Shown here: positions 9,565 to 19,103 of the stretch, one piece after another
Numbering within the stretch: the stretch's first letter is position 1
Layout of the letters: the number at the start of each line of letters is the position of its first letter
Origin: Bacteroidota bacterium
GTDB lineage: Bacteria; Bacteroidota; Rhodothermia; JANXDC01
Reading direction: 5' to 3'
DNA: 64,000 nucleotides
Assembly (NCBI GenBank): GCA_025998875.1
Contig: AP024675.1
Span: forward strand, 1,641,077-1,705,076
The notes under the pieces: generated by a model
Databases searched by the model: none
The model's input: the letters and a program-made list of their open reading frames with translations, nothing else
What the model was told of the DNA's origin: nothing
Made by a program: the position numbers and the translations under genes

Positions 9565-11472
9565 ATGATCGGTTTTCTGCTGCTTTTCTGGATGGGTGGA
9601 CCCGTACGGGGGATGCTTCCGGATTCCGGCGGGGCGGATACGCTTCGCCTCCGGCTTCCGGAGGTGACCGTGGTGGCCACCCGTACCCCAATCGAACCCC
9701 ATACGGCTCCAGGCCGACTGGAGCGCATTCGCCCCGCGGAGACGGTTTCGCCTCTCGGTTCGGTGGCGGAGCTGCTCCGCGATCAGACGAACCTGTCCAT
9801 GCGCGCCTACGGTCCGGGTGCCATGGCCACCCTGAGCTGGCGGGGTACGGATGGGGCGCACACCCTGGTCCTGCTCGATGGGCTACCCCTGGGCAATGCC
9901 CAGAACGCCGTCGTGGACCTGGAGCTGTTGCCCGCCGCGCTCTGGGACGTCGTGGAGCTGGCCTATGGATCGGGATCGGCCCTGTATGGATCCTCGGCCC
10001 TGGGAGGTGTGCTGCGCCTGGTGCCGCCCGATCCCCCCATGGCCCCCTGGAGCGCCCGCTTCTGGGGTCAGGCGAACGACTACGGGCTCCGGGAAGGGGG
10101 GCTGGGGCTTGCAAGCCGATCGGGTGCGTTCTGGGTGCAGGTCATCGGATACGGTGCCTGGAGCGCCAACCGGTATCGATATCAGGACAACACCGTTTAT
10201 CCTCCCGTATGGCGCCGTCGGCAGAATGCCGACTACGAGCAGATCGGAGGGTGGATCCGTTCCGGATACGAGCGCGGCCCCTGGCGGTTCCGGCTTTCCT
10301 ACTGGGGGCACGGGGCAGATCGTGGACTGCCCGGTCCGATCATAGCCGGCGTCGGACGCGCCCGCCAGGAAGATGTCCTCTCCTACGGGTGGGCGGAGCT
10401 GGCCTACAGGCCTGCGGGCCTGGAGCAGAGGTTGCTTGTAGCCCTTCAACGGGATGCACTTCGCTATAGCGATCCGGATGCCGATCTCCTGGCCCATCAT
10501 CGCAACCGGAGTTGGGCCTTCTGGTATGAGGGCACTGCGCTCCCGAGTCCGGAGGCGCATCTGGCCTGGGGGCTGTGGTACCGTCATCAGAGCGTCGAGA
10601 GCGCGAACCTGGCGCGATTCCGGGGCCGACATCTGCTCTCTCTCTATGGATCGGCTCTCTGGAGGCTCCGACCGGGCTGGCTGGTATATCCCGCTCTGCG
10701 GGCGGATTTCTACAGCGACGCATCCGATGCCATAAGCCCCCGGCTTGGCATGAACCTGGTCATCCGTGACGGGGTGGCCTTCAAGGCCCAGGTGGGACGC
10801 AACTACCGGGTGCCCACGTTCAACGACCTGTACTGGATCGGGGGAGGAAATCCGGAGCTGAAGCCGGAGCGGAGCTGGGCTGTAGATGGAGGGCTACGCT
10901 ATCAGGCTCCGCGCGGGGAGGGCGAGCTTACGCTCTTCTGGAACGATATCCGGCAACGAATCGTCTGGTTGCCCGGTCCAGATGGCCGCTGGCGGGCTCA
11001 GAATCAGGGGCATGTGCGCATACGGGGCCTGGAGGCCAGCCTGCGCGGGCAGGTGAGCTCCGGGCTGGAGCTCGGGGTGCTGTATACGGGCCTGGATGCG
11101 CGCAAGCAGGATCGATCCGGGCCCGGGGACCGAACCCATGGTCGGGTGCTCATGTACGTGCCCCCGCATATGGCCCGCCTCACTGCGCGCATAATGCGGG
11201 GGAGCTGGCTTATCGAGGCCCGCGCCCTCCTGTCCAGCTATCGCTACACAACGGCCGACAACACGGCCTGGCTTCCGGGGTATGGGTTGCTCACCCTCGC
11301 CGGAGCCTACAGCGGATTCTGGCAGGGGATCCGGATCCGAGCACGGGTCGCGCTAGAGAACCTGTTCGATACGCCCTATCAGATCATGCCCTATTACCCT
11401 ATGCCGGGTCGGGCTCTCCGGGTAGGGGTGGAGTTCAGTTGGCCCGTCGAAACCAGGACACCACGGCAATGA
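9565..11472 (+). CDS. btuB: TonB-dependent receptor, BtuB-like cobalamin transporter
   Basis: EVTVVATR TonB-box region, plug motif GSGSALYGSSALGGV, YRVPTFNDLYW...GNPELKPE, C-terminal ENLFD...YPMPGR. Follows a B12 riboswitch. Confidence 0.85.
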   Translation: MIGFLLLFWMGGPVRGMLPDSGGADTLRLRLPEVTVVATRTPIEPHTAPGRLERIRPAETVSPLGSVAELLRDQTNLSMRAYGPGAMATLSWRGTDGAHTLVLLDGLPLGNAQNAVVDLELLPAALWDVVELAYGSGSALYGSSALGGVLRLVPPDPPMAPWSARFWGQANDYGLREGGLGLASRSGAFWVQVIGYGAWSANRYRYQDNTVYPPVWRRRQNADYEQIGGWIRSGYERGPWRFRLSYWGHGADRGLPGPIIAGVGRARQEDVLSYGWAELAYRPAGLEQRLLVALQRDALRYSDPDADLLAHHRNRSWAFWYEGTALPSPEAHLAWGLWYRHQSVESANLARFRGRHLLSLYGSALWRLRPGWLVYPALRADFYSDASDAISPRLGMNLVIRDGVAFKAQVGRNYRVPTFNDLYWIGGGNPELKPERSWAVDGGLRYQAPRGEGELTLFWNDIRQRIVWLPGPDGRWRAQNQGHVRIRGLEASLRGQVSSGLELGVLYTGLDARKQDRSGPGDRTHGRVLMYVPPHMARLTARIMRGSWLIEARALLSSYRYTTADNTAWLPGYGLLTLAGAYSGFWQGIRIRARVALENLFDTPYQIMPYYPMPGRALRVGVEFSWPVETRTPRQ

Positions 11473-11487
11473 AAAGGAGGAAGGCGT

Positions 11488-12561
11488 ATGCGGAGTAAGC
11501 CGATTGGGTATTTGATCGGGATTCTGCTTCTGGCCCTCTGGACCGGCTGTGGGCCGGAGGCCGAAGAAGGCCAGCTGGTTACCCGAGGCGTGTATGTGCT
11601 CAACCAGGGTAACTTCCAGCGGGGCAACGCGGAGATTACCATTTATGATCCGCAGACAGGCGCAGTGCAGCAGAACGCCTTTCAGAGCCGAAACGGCCGG
11701 CCGCTGGGCGATATCGCCCAGAGCATGACCATCATCGACACACGGGGTTATATCGTGGTCAACAACTCCCACCGCATCGAGGTGGTCGATCTGGAAGACG
11801 GTCTTCGGAGCCTGGGCACGATCACGATCTCCAATAATGCCAGTCCCCGCTATCTGGTCCCGGTCGGCCCCACGCGGGCGTATGTGACGAATCTGTTCGG
11901 CAACAGCGTCTCGGTAGTGGATCTGACGCAGAATCGGGAGATCAAGACCATACCCGTGGGGCGCAACCCCAACGGCATCGCCGTAGCCCAGGGCAAAGCC
12001 TATGTGGCCAACACGGGGTTCGGATCCAGCCGCACGGTGAGCGTGATCGATATTTCGAAAGACGAGGTGGTGCGCACGCTGGAGATGCCTTTCGATGGGC
12101 CCACGCATGTCTTCGTAGACGATGACGGGCAGGTATGGGTGGTCTGCTCGGGCCGCACGGATTATCAGAATCCCGCGAACAGTACGCCCGGCGGGTTTGT
12201 GGTCTTGGATCCCCGCACCGATGCGATCGTCTCCACGATCGCGGCCAACAGAGGCCTGGGCGGCAAGGCGTTCGGGGGGGATGTAGCCGTGGGCCCCGGC
12301 GTGGCCTTTGTGCTGCACGGCGAGGGCCTGATGCGGCTGAATACGCGCACCAACACACTGGAAAACGCCACGCTGATCGGGGGCGCCTTTGGCGCCGTGG
12401 GCTATGATCCCGTCCGAGAAGAAATATACCTCACGGACGTAAAGGACTTTGTCCAGTCCGGAGAGGTGTTCATCTATACCCTCTCCGGGGTCCGGCGCGG
12501 CAGTTTTCCCGCCGGGATCATTCCCGGGGCCGTTGTGGTGAATGTGGTGCGGGAATCGTAG
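11488..12561 (+). CDS. BtuG/YncE-like beta-propeller lipoprotein (surface cobalamin-binding)
   Basis: Lipobox WTGC; VYVLNQGNF...N...LGDIAQSM...YIVVNNS...SPRY repeats typical of this family. Confidence 0.8.
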   Translation: MRSKPIGYLIGILLLALWTGCGPEAEEGQLVTRGVYVLNQGNFQRGNAEITIYDPQTGAVQQNAFQSRNGRPLGDIAQSMTIIDTRGYIVVNNSHRIEVVDLEDGLRSLGTITISNNASPRYLVPVGPTRAYVTNLFGNSVSVVDLTQNREIKTIPVGRNPNGIAVAQGKAYVANTGFGSSRTVSVIDISKDEVVRTLEMPFDGPTHVFVDDDGQVWVVCSGRTDYQNPANSTPGGFVVLDPRTDAIVSTIAANRGLGGKAFGGDVAVGPGVAFVLHGEGLMRLNTRTNTLENATLIGGAFGAVGYDPVREEIYLTDVKDFVQSGEVFIYTLSGVRRGSFPAGIIPGAVVVNVVRES

Positions 12562-12562
12562 T

Positions 12563-12778
12563 ATGGGCGAACCCGTAGTGGATCGGTGTGTCTGTTTCAA
12601 CTGCACGTTTGCCGAGTTGTGGCAGGTTGCGCAAACTTCCGGAGCCCGAAGCATCGAAGCTCTCCAACGGCATATTCCGTTCGGTCATCGATGCGGGCTC
12701 TGTCATCCCTATGTGGCGCGCATGTTGCAGACCGGAGAAACCCGTTTCCCTGTAGACAGGAAGGAGGAGGCCTCATGA
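12563..12778 (+). CDS. BFD-like [2Fe-2S]-binding small protein
   Basis: 71 aa with CxC (CVC) ... CxxC (RCGLCHPY). Starts 1 nt after the previous stop and overlaps the next gene by ATGA. Confidence 0.75.
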   Translation: MGEPVVDRCVCFNCTFAELWQVAQTSGARSIEALQRHIPFGHRCGLCHPYVARMLQTGETRFPVDRKEEAS

Positions 12779-13296
12779 ATCGGACCTGGATACGCTGGTC
12801 GGCCTGGAGCGCGCTCATCGCGCTGGCCGCGCTGAGTCGGCTTCTACCTCATCCCCCGAACTTCACCCCCATTGGCGCTATGGCGCTTTTCTCGGGCGCC
12901 CATATGGGGTTGAGGCCGGGGGCTTTTGCGGTTCCCCTCCTGGCTCTGCTGGTGAGCGATCTCCTGATCGGCACCCATCCCCTCATGCCCTTTGTCTATG
13001 GCAGCTTTGCCCTGATCACCGTGCTCGGCTATGTGCTCTTGCACACCCGGCGCACGCTCTGGCGCCTGGGCGGATCGGCCCTGCTGGCCTCGACGCTCTT
13101 TTACCTGATCACAAACTTCGGCGTATGGGCTGTGGGTAGCTGGTATCCGAAGACCCCGGAGGGGCTTTTGAGCTGCTACATAGCCGCTATCCCCTTCTTC
13201 GGCAACACGCTGGCAGGGGATCTGTTCTTTACCGCCGTGCTCTTCGGCCTTTGGGCCTGGCTGGAGCGGCGGGTGCCGGCGCTCGAGACCGCCTGA
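12775..13296 (+). CDS. DUF6580-like membrane protein (putative ECF S-component-like transporter)
   Basis: SRLLPHPPNFTPIGAMALFSG, FYLITNFGVW, CYIAAIPFFGNT motifs; about 6 TM segments; AGGAGG RBS. Confidence 0.75.
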   Translation: MNRTWIRWSAWSALIALAALSRLLPHPPNFTPIGAMALFSGAHMGLRPGAFAVPLLALLVSDLLIGTHPLMPFVYGSFALITVLGYVLLHTRRTLWRLGGSALLASTLFYLITNFGVWAVGSWYPKTPEGLLSCYIAAIPFFGNTLAGDLFFTAVLFGLWAWLERRVPALETA

Positions 13297-13305
13297 ACAG
13301 CAGTA

Positions 13306-13340
13306 GGGGGGCGGGGTTGGCTCGCCCCCCGGCTGCTTCT
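13306..13340. terminator. GC-rich hairpin between convergent genes
   Basis: GGGGGGCGGG-GTTG-GCTCGCCCCCC-like inverted repeat after the stop at 13296; U-tract is weak. Confidence 0.45.
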
Positions 13341-14677
13341 TAGAAGGCGCGTGTGTTCAGCTCATCCCAGATGGGCGTAAGCAGCCGGTAGTCGCCAAAT
13401 CCGCTCTGGTCGACGAAAATAAAGCGTCGATTGAGGCTGTAGTAGTACCAGATCTGATACGGTTTGGCGTTGTATTCGAAGGGATGGTGATCGATCGCAT
13501 CGGGTTGGCCGAAGAGGATGTATACCATGCCCCGATCCGTCTTCCAGCCCGGTTGCGGACCGGAGAACTGGCGGTTGGCGTACCAGACGCGCTGGTAGTA
13601 TTCCTCCATCAGCTCGTTGCGTTCCGTGCCCGGGGTGGGATCGCGTTTTTTCCAGAAAGCCCGGAACCGATCCAGTCGCTCGGTCTGGGTGGGGGCTTCC
13701 TGGATGAAACGGATTTCGGCCGGTTTGGCGATGTAGACCAGCTGGGCGATGGCCTGGTCCAGATCAGCGATGAAGGCGGCCAGCCCGGTCCAGCGTATCC
13801 GTAGGGGTTTTTCCCGACGGAGGAGCTCCTGGCCTGTTTCATCGCGCACGATGAGCCGGATGAGGTAGCGATCCGGGCGCAGATCCCGTAGAGGGATGCG
13901 TACCACGAACTGGTTGCGAATCGGGCTGAGCAGCCGGGTTTCGATATTCTGGAATCCCACTTCGGGCTCCGAGGGGGGTTGCCGACCCAGCAGTCCGCGT
14001 ACGGTGGGGCGAACAGGCGGGCGGGGCCGCACGAGTTCATAGCGCAGCTGCACCCGTCGGGGCCAGCGTGTGTAGAGCTCGAAAAAGACGAGGAATTCCT
14101 CCTGGTCATGTCCGATTTCGCCCACCACGTTCGGATAGAGCACCTGCTGGGCTTCATCGAAGCGATCCAACACCAGCAGATCGCTCGCTGCAAAAGCTAA
14201 GGAGGCCAGGTCCGGGACCGTGACCTCCAGCTGGCGCAGCTGCTGTTGCCCTGTATGCCGATCTTCAAGGCGCACCTGTACGGCGTAGCGTCCGGGGGAG
14301 GGAAAGAGCATCAGCTGCAGGTAGTCGTAGGCCGCCTCCTGCTGGGTCTGCTCATAGGAAGAGACCGTGAGGGTGCGTTCCTGAAGACGGCTTTCCAGGA
14401 GGCCCTGAGGCTGTCCGCGTCCGTTGAGCGCGTATAGCTCGACCCCCACCTCATAGCGTGCCTGAAAGCCCCTGCCCTGTCGGATAAAACTCAGCTGATT
14501 AAGGGGTACGCGGAGAAAGAGGTCGAGCCGGACCCGTCCGTCGTTGTGGCGAATGGTAAAGGGCTCAACATCAAAGCCCGCCTGCTGGGCGGTGGCGGGT
14601 GCAGAGGAAAGCCCCAGTAGGCAAATGCCCAGCCACCTCAGAAGCTGACCGGATAGCCGGGCCAGGTGCCTGCGCAT
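13340..14677 (-). CDS. GWxTD domain-containing protein
   Basis: FWKKRDPTPGTERNELMEEYYQRV and GWKTDRGMVYILFG; signal peptide. Confidence 0.9.
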   Translation of the reverse strand: MRRHLARLSGQLLRWLGICLLGLSSAPATAQQAGFDVEPFTIRHNDGRVRLDLFLRVPLNQLSFIRQGRGFQARYEVGVELYALNGRGQPQGLLESRLQERTLTVSSYEQTQQEAAYDYLQLMLFPSPGRYAVQVRLEDRHTGQQQLRQLEVTVPDLASLAFAASDLLVLDRFDEAQQVLYPNVVGEIGHDQEEFLVFFELYTRWPRRVQLRYELVRPRPPVRPTVRGLLGRQPPSEPEVGFQNIETRLLSPIRNQFVVRIPLRDLRPDRYLIRLIVRDETGQELLRREKPLRIRWTGLAAFIADLDQAIAQLVYIAKPAEIRFIQEAPTQTERLDRFRAFWKKRDPTPGTERNELMEEYYQRVWYANRQFSGPQPGWKTDRGMVYILFGQPDAIDHHPFEYNAKPYQIWYYYSLNRRFIFVDQSGFGDYRLLTPIWDELNTRAF

Positions 14678-14688
14678 AATAACCCTCC

Positions 14689-15996
14689 TCAGGCGGGGCC
14701 GTATGCCTCGCCGAAGAGATCATACGCTTCGGCATCGCGAATGTCAACCCAGTAAAAATGCCCTATCTGCAGATCGGGGTTGGCCACGTAGACCTCGTTG
14801 TCCACCTCGGGGGCGTCGTGTTCGGTGCGACCCACCGCAAAACGCCCTTCAAGGCGGTCGATGAGCACACGCAGCCGGCTGCCCACAAGGGACTGGTTGC
14901 GCTCCAGGCTGATCTCCTGTTGCAGGGCCATGACCCTGGCCGCGCGCGCCTCTTTCTCCTCCTGGGGGATCGGATCTCCCAGCGGGTAGGCGGCCGTGTT
15001 TTCTTCCTGCGAGTACGTAAAGACCCCGAGCCGGTCGAAGCGGATCCGGCTGAGGCCTTCGAGCAGCCGTTCGAAGTCCGCTTCTGTTTCCGTCGGATAG
15101 CCCACGATCAACGTGGTGCGCAGGGCGATGCCCGGAACGCGTTCTCGGATGGTCTCGATGAGCCTTTCAAGCTCCGCACCCGTAATGCCGCGTCGCATGG
15201 AGCGCAGGACCTCATCGGAAAGATGCTGTACGGGCAGGTCCAGGTACTTGCAGATGTTCTCTCGCTCGGCCATGACCTCGAGCACCTCCAGGGGAAACTT
15301 GGCCGGATAGGCATACATGAGCCGGATCCAGCGCAGGTGCTCGAGGTCCGAGATTCGGCGCAGCAGCTCGGCCAGCATGCGCCTGCCGTAGAGGTCCAGG
15401 CCGTAGTAGGTCAGGTCCTGGGCGATCAGGATGAGTTCACGCACGCCTCTGGAGGCCAGCCTTTGGGCCTCGAGCAGGATCTCCTCCATGGGTCGGGACC
15501 GATGTCGGCCCCGCATAAGCGGTATGGCGCAGAAGGAGCAGGGGTGATTACAGCCCTCGGAGATCTTCAGGTAGGCGTAATGGGAGGGGGTGCTCAGCAG
15601 CCGTTCCCCGAGCAGGTGCTCTTTATAGTCGGCCCCCAGGGCGGCCAGGAGCCCGGGCAGCTCCATGGTGCCGAAGAAGCCGTCCACCTCGGGCAGCTCC
15701 TGGCGCAGCTCTTCCCGGTAACGCTCCGAGAGGCACCCGGCCACGTAGACTTTCTGCACCCGCCCGGTCGCTTTGAGCTCCAGCGCCTCCAGGATGGCCT
15801 GGATGGATTCGACTTTGGCGGCTTCGATAAACCCGCACGTGTTCAGAATCACGATGTCGGCCTGCTCCGGATCCGGGCTGATCCGGTACCGGTTTCCGGC
15901 CAGCTGGCCGAGCAGGACTTCGGAGTCCACCAGGTTTTTGGCGCATCCGAGCGTGACCACGCTTACGCGCGGGGGCTGAAAGCGCTTGGTATGCAT
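14689..15996 (-). CDS. rimO: Ribosomal protein S12 methylthiotransferase
   Basis: TLGCAKNLVDSE, NTCGFI, radical-SAM CNHPCSFC, C-terminal DAPEVD TRAM domain. Confidence 0.95.
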   Translation of the reverse strand: MHTKRFQPPRVSVVTLGCAKNLVDSEVLLGQLAGNRYRISPDPEQADIVILNTCGFIEAAKVESIQAILEALELKATGRVQKVYVAGCLSERYREELRQELPEVDGFFGTMELPGLLAALGADYKEHLLGERLLSTPSHYAYLKISEGCNHPCSFCAIPLMRGRHRSRPMEEILLEAQRLASRGVRELILIAQDLTYYGLDLYGRRMLAELLRRISDLEHLRWIRLMYAYPAKFPLEVLEVMAERENICKYLDLPVQHLSDEVLRSMRRGITGAELERLIETIRERVPGIALRTTLIVGYPTETEADFERLLEGLSRIRFDRLGVFTYSQEENTAAYPLGDPIPQEEKEARAARVMALQQEISLERNQSLVGSRLRVLIDRLEGRFAVGRTEHDAPEVDNEVYVANPDLQIGHFYWVDIRDAEAYDLFGEAYGPA

Positions 15997-15997
15997 G

Positions 15998-16975
15998 CTA
16001 CCTCTGCCTGAGGCTCAGTTGGGCGAAGAGCGCCTCCACAAAGGCGTGGGGATCGAAGGGGATCAGGTCTTCGAGTCGTTCCCCCACGCCCAGATAGCGC
16101 ACGGGAAGTCCGAATTCATGGGCGATGCCGAGCACCACGCCGCCCCGGGCCGTGCCGTCGAGTTTGGTCACCACCAGTCCTGTTACCGCCGTGGCCCGGG
16201 TGAATTCCTCGGCCTGTCGGAGGGCATTCTGGCCGGTGGTCGCATCGAGCACGAGCAGGACCTCATCGGGCGCTGTGGGCAGGGCCTTGGCGATGGCGCG
16301 GCGGACCTTGGCCAGCTCCTCCATGAGCCCTCCGCGCGTATGCAGGCGGCCGGCTGTATCGATGATGGCCACATCGATATCCCGCGCCCGGGCGGCCGAA
16401 ACCGTATCGAAAGCCACCGCGGCCGGATCGGCCCCGGGATGCTGTTTGATCAGATGGGCGCCGGCGCGCTGTGCCCAGACCTCCAGCTGTTCAATGGCCG
16501 CGGCCCGGAACGTATCGGCGGCGCCGATGAGCACCGATCGCCCGGCCTGTCGGTATCGCCATGCCAGCTTGCCGATCGTGGTGGTTTTGCCCACCCCGTT
16601 TACCCCGACCACCATGATCACGTATGGCCGATGCGGCAGGGGGGCGGACCAATCCGGGGTCGGCGGCTCGTCCCGTATCCCGAGCAGGGCCAGCGTTTCC
16701 TCCCGTAGCAGGTTCCAGAGCTCTTCCGCATGGGTGTATCGCTCCCTGCGCACGCGGGCCTGGAGTCGGTCAATGAGCGCCAGGGTGGCCTTGACCCCCA
16801 CGTCGCTGAGGATGAGCACTTCCTCGAGTTCGTCCAGGAGCTCATCATCGATCCGGTCGCGGCCGCGCAGCACCTTCTCCAGACGCGCCCAGAGTGTACT
16901 GCGCGTTTTCTCAAGCCCGGACTGGAGTTCATCGCGAGCCTGGGCGGTGCGCGAGCGATCAAACCATTTCAACAT
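15998..16975 (-). CDS. ftsY: Signal recognition particle receptor
   Basis: GVNGVGKTTTIGKLA, DTFRAAA, DTAGRLH, TKLDGTARGG. Confidence 0.95.
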   Translation of the reverse strand: MLKWFDRSRTAQARDELQSGLEKTRSTLWARLEKVLRGRDRIDDELLDELEEVLILSDVGVKATLALIDRLQARVRRERYTHAEELWNLLREETLALLGIRDEPPTPDWSAPLPHRPYVIMVVGVNGVGKTTTIGKLAWRYRQAGRSVLIGAADTFRAAAIEQLEVWAQRAGAHLIKQHPGADPAAVAFDTVSAARARDIDVAIIDTAGRLHTRGGLMEELAKVRRAIAKALPTAPDEVLLVLDATTGQNALRQAEEFTRATAVTGLVVTKLDGTARGGVVLGIAHEFGLPVRYLGVGERLEDLIPFDPHAFVEALFAQLSLRQR

Positions 16976-16986
16976 AGCGGTATCCT

Positions 16987-17541
16987 TCAGTTCCGACTCC
17001 TCCGGGCCCCCCAGGCCCGGCGGGTATAATCAAGAAGCGCCATAAGGAGCGCAAAAGCGCTCAGCGGCAGGAGCACGTCGGTGAGGCGTAAACGTCCAAG
17101 CCAGGGCTCGGTTTCCGCGGTGGCCGTGATGAGCGCGAGCGCAACGAGCGCGGCGGCGATTTTGCCGGGAAGGGCGGAAGCCGGCAGGTGACCCAGCCAA
17201 CGCTTGACCCCCAGGGCGCCGAGCAAGATGAGCCCGTCGCGGCCCAGCACAAGCACGGCAAACCAGAGCGGAAGCCGCCCCTGAAGGGTAAGGATCAGGG
17301 TGACCACCCCGATGCAGATCTTGTCCGCAAGGGGGTCGAGCACTTTGCCCCATTCGGTCACCTCGTTGCGGCGACGGGCCAGATGGCCGTCGAAGGCGTC
17401 CGTTACGATGGCGGCGAGCATGAGCGTGAGGACGCCCACCGGCTCTGCTTCGTTCCAGAGGGCGATGCCGAGGGGAAGGGCCAGTATGAGTCGGAACAGA
17501 CTCAGCACATTCGACGGAGTCCAGAACCGACCCAGGGACAT
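16987..17541 (-). CDS. CDP-alcohol phosphatidyltransferase (PgsA-like)
   Basis: SNVLSLFR and DAFDGHLARRRNEVTEWGKVLDPLADK signature. Start set at MSLGRF. Confidence 0.9.
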   Translation of the reverse strand: MSLGRFWTPSNVLSLFRLILALPLGIALWNEAEPVGVLTLMLAAIVTDAFDGHLARRRNEVTEWGKVLDPLADKICIGVVTLILTLQGRLPLWFAVLVLGRDGLILLGALGVKRWLGHLPASALPGKIAAALVALALITATAETEPWLGRLRLTDVLLPLSAFALLMALLDYTRRAWGARRSRN

Positions 17542-17542
17542 C

Positions 17543-19027
17543 TTAGTCGTTTTCCTCCTTGAGCACGCCCAGCTCGACGGGGACGGGATAGCGCTCCGTA
17601 AAGCAGGCATTGCAGAACCCATCCGGGCCGTTTGTGGCCGACCGCACTGCACGCATCAATCCCTCCACGGAAAGGTACCCCAGGCTGTCGACGCCAAGAA
17701 AATCCCGGATGCGCTCGATATCCCGCTCGAATCGATTGGCAACCAGTTCCTCCAGGCTCGGAAAATCCATGCCGTAAAAGCAGGGGGCGATAATGGGCGG
17801 TGAGCTCACGCGGAAATGCACCTCTCGTGCCCCGGCCTCCCGGATCATCTGCACCAGATAGCGCGATGTGGTGCCCCGGACGATGGAGTCATCCACGAGC
17901 ACCACGATCCGATCCCTGAGCAGGCTGCGAACCGGGTTGAACTTGAGCTTGACCTTGAGCTCCCGAGCCCCCTGGCCGGGCTGAATGAAGGTGCGGCCCA
18001 CGTAGTGGTTGCGGATCAGCCCGATGTCCAGTTTGCAGGGATAGCCCAGCTTGTTGCACTCGGAGGCATATCCGATGGTGGCCGTGTTGGAAGAGTCCGG
18101 CACGCTGATGACCAACGGCGGGCGCTCTCCGGGCGGCACGCGGGGCACTGGATGTTCATGGGCCAGCGCCTTGCCCAGTCGGCGGCGAACCTTATCGACC
18201 TGTTCACCAAAGATCCAGCTGTCGGGGCGGGCGAAGTAGATGAATTCAAAGATGCACTGGGCTATGGGCAGATCGGGGCTCTGGCGCAGGGAGTAGCGCT
18301 GAAAACGGCCCGTACGGCAGGCCTCTCGATCGATGAGGAGCACTTCGCCCGGTTCGATGTCCCGGATGAAATGGGCCCCGATGAGGTCGAAGGCGCACGT
18401 CTCGCTGGCCACACAATAGCCTTCCCCGATCCGTCCCAGGGCCAGGGGGCGGAATCCATGGGGGTCGCGGATGGCCAGCAGGGCCTCATCGGTCAGGATG
18501 AGCAGGGCATAGGCACCCTGGATCTGGTGCAGGGCATCGAGCACCTGTCCAAGCACCGTTGGTTGCGGGCTGCGGGCGATCAGGTGCAGGATGAGCTCCG
18601 AATCCGAGGTGCTCATAAACAGGACCCCTTCCTGGCTCAGCCGCTGTCGGAGCTGGCGGGCGTTGGAGAGGTTGCCGTTATGCGCCAGAGCCAGGTTGCC
18701 GTTTCGATAGTGGACGGCGAAGGGCTGCACGTTGGCCGGGTTGCCGGAGGCCCCGGTCGTGGAGTAGCGGTTGTGCCCGATGGCCGAATCCCCATGCAGG
18801 TAGGTGTCGAAAAGCTCGGGGCTGGCGAATACGTCGGTTACAAGACCCAGGCCTTTATGCTGTAGCAGGACCTTGCGCCCCCGGCGCTCGTCGTACGTGA
18901 GGGTAACGATACCGGCCGATTCCTGGCCTCGATGCTGCAGGGCGTGAAGTCCGTAATAGGTCAGACGGGCCGCGTCAGGATGATTGAAAACACCGAATAT
19001 GCCGCAGTATTCATGCGGTCTGTCCAT
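17543..19027 (-). CDS. purF: Amidophosphoribosyltransferase
   Basis: Propeptide + CGIFG, LQHRGQESAG, HNRYST, VLVDDSIVRGTT, CFYGMD. Confidence 0.96.
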   Translation of the reverse strand: MDRPHEYCGIFGVFNHPDAARLTYYGLHALQHRGQESAGIVTLTYDERRGRKVLLQHKGLGLVTDVFASPELFDTYLHGDSAIGHNRYSTTGASGNPANVQPFAVHYRNGNLALAHNGNLSNARQLRQRLSQEGVLFMSTSDSELILHLIARSPQPTVLGQVLDALHQIQGAYALLILTDEALLAIRDPHGFRPLALGRIGEGYCVASETCAFDLIGAHFIRDIEPGEVLLIDREACRTGRFQRYSLRQSPDLPIAQCIFEFIYFARPDSWIFGEQVDKVRRRLGKALAHEHPVPRVPPGERPPLVISVPDSSNTATIGYASECNKLGYPCKLDIGLIRNHYVGRTFIQPGQGARELKVKLKFNPVRSLLRDRIVVLVDDSIVRGTTSRYLVQMIREAGAREVHFRVSSPPIIAPCFYGMDFPSLEELVANRFERDIERIRDFLGVDSLGYLSVEGLMRAVRSATNGPDGFCNACFTERYPVPVELGVLKEEND

Positions 19028-19103
19028 GGGGTTGGCTTTCGATGGAAGCAAGTCGCCATAAAGATACACCCCTTTCCCCTGCCATCCAAGCCCTCTAGCG
19101 GGG

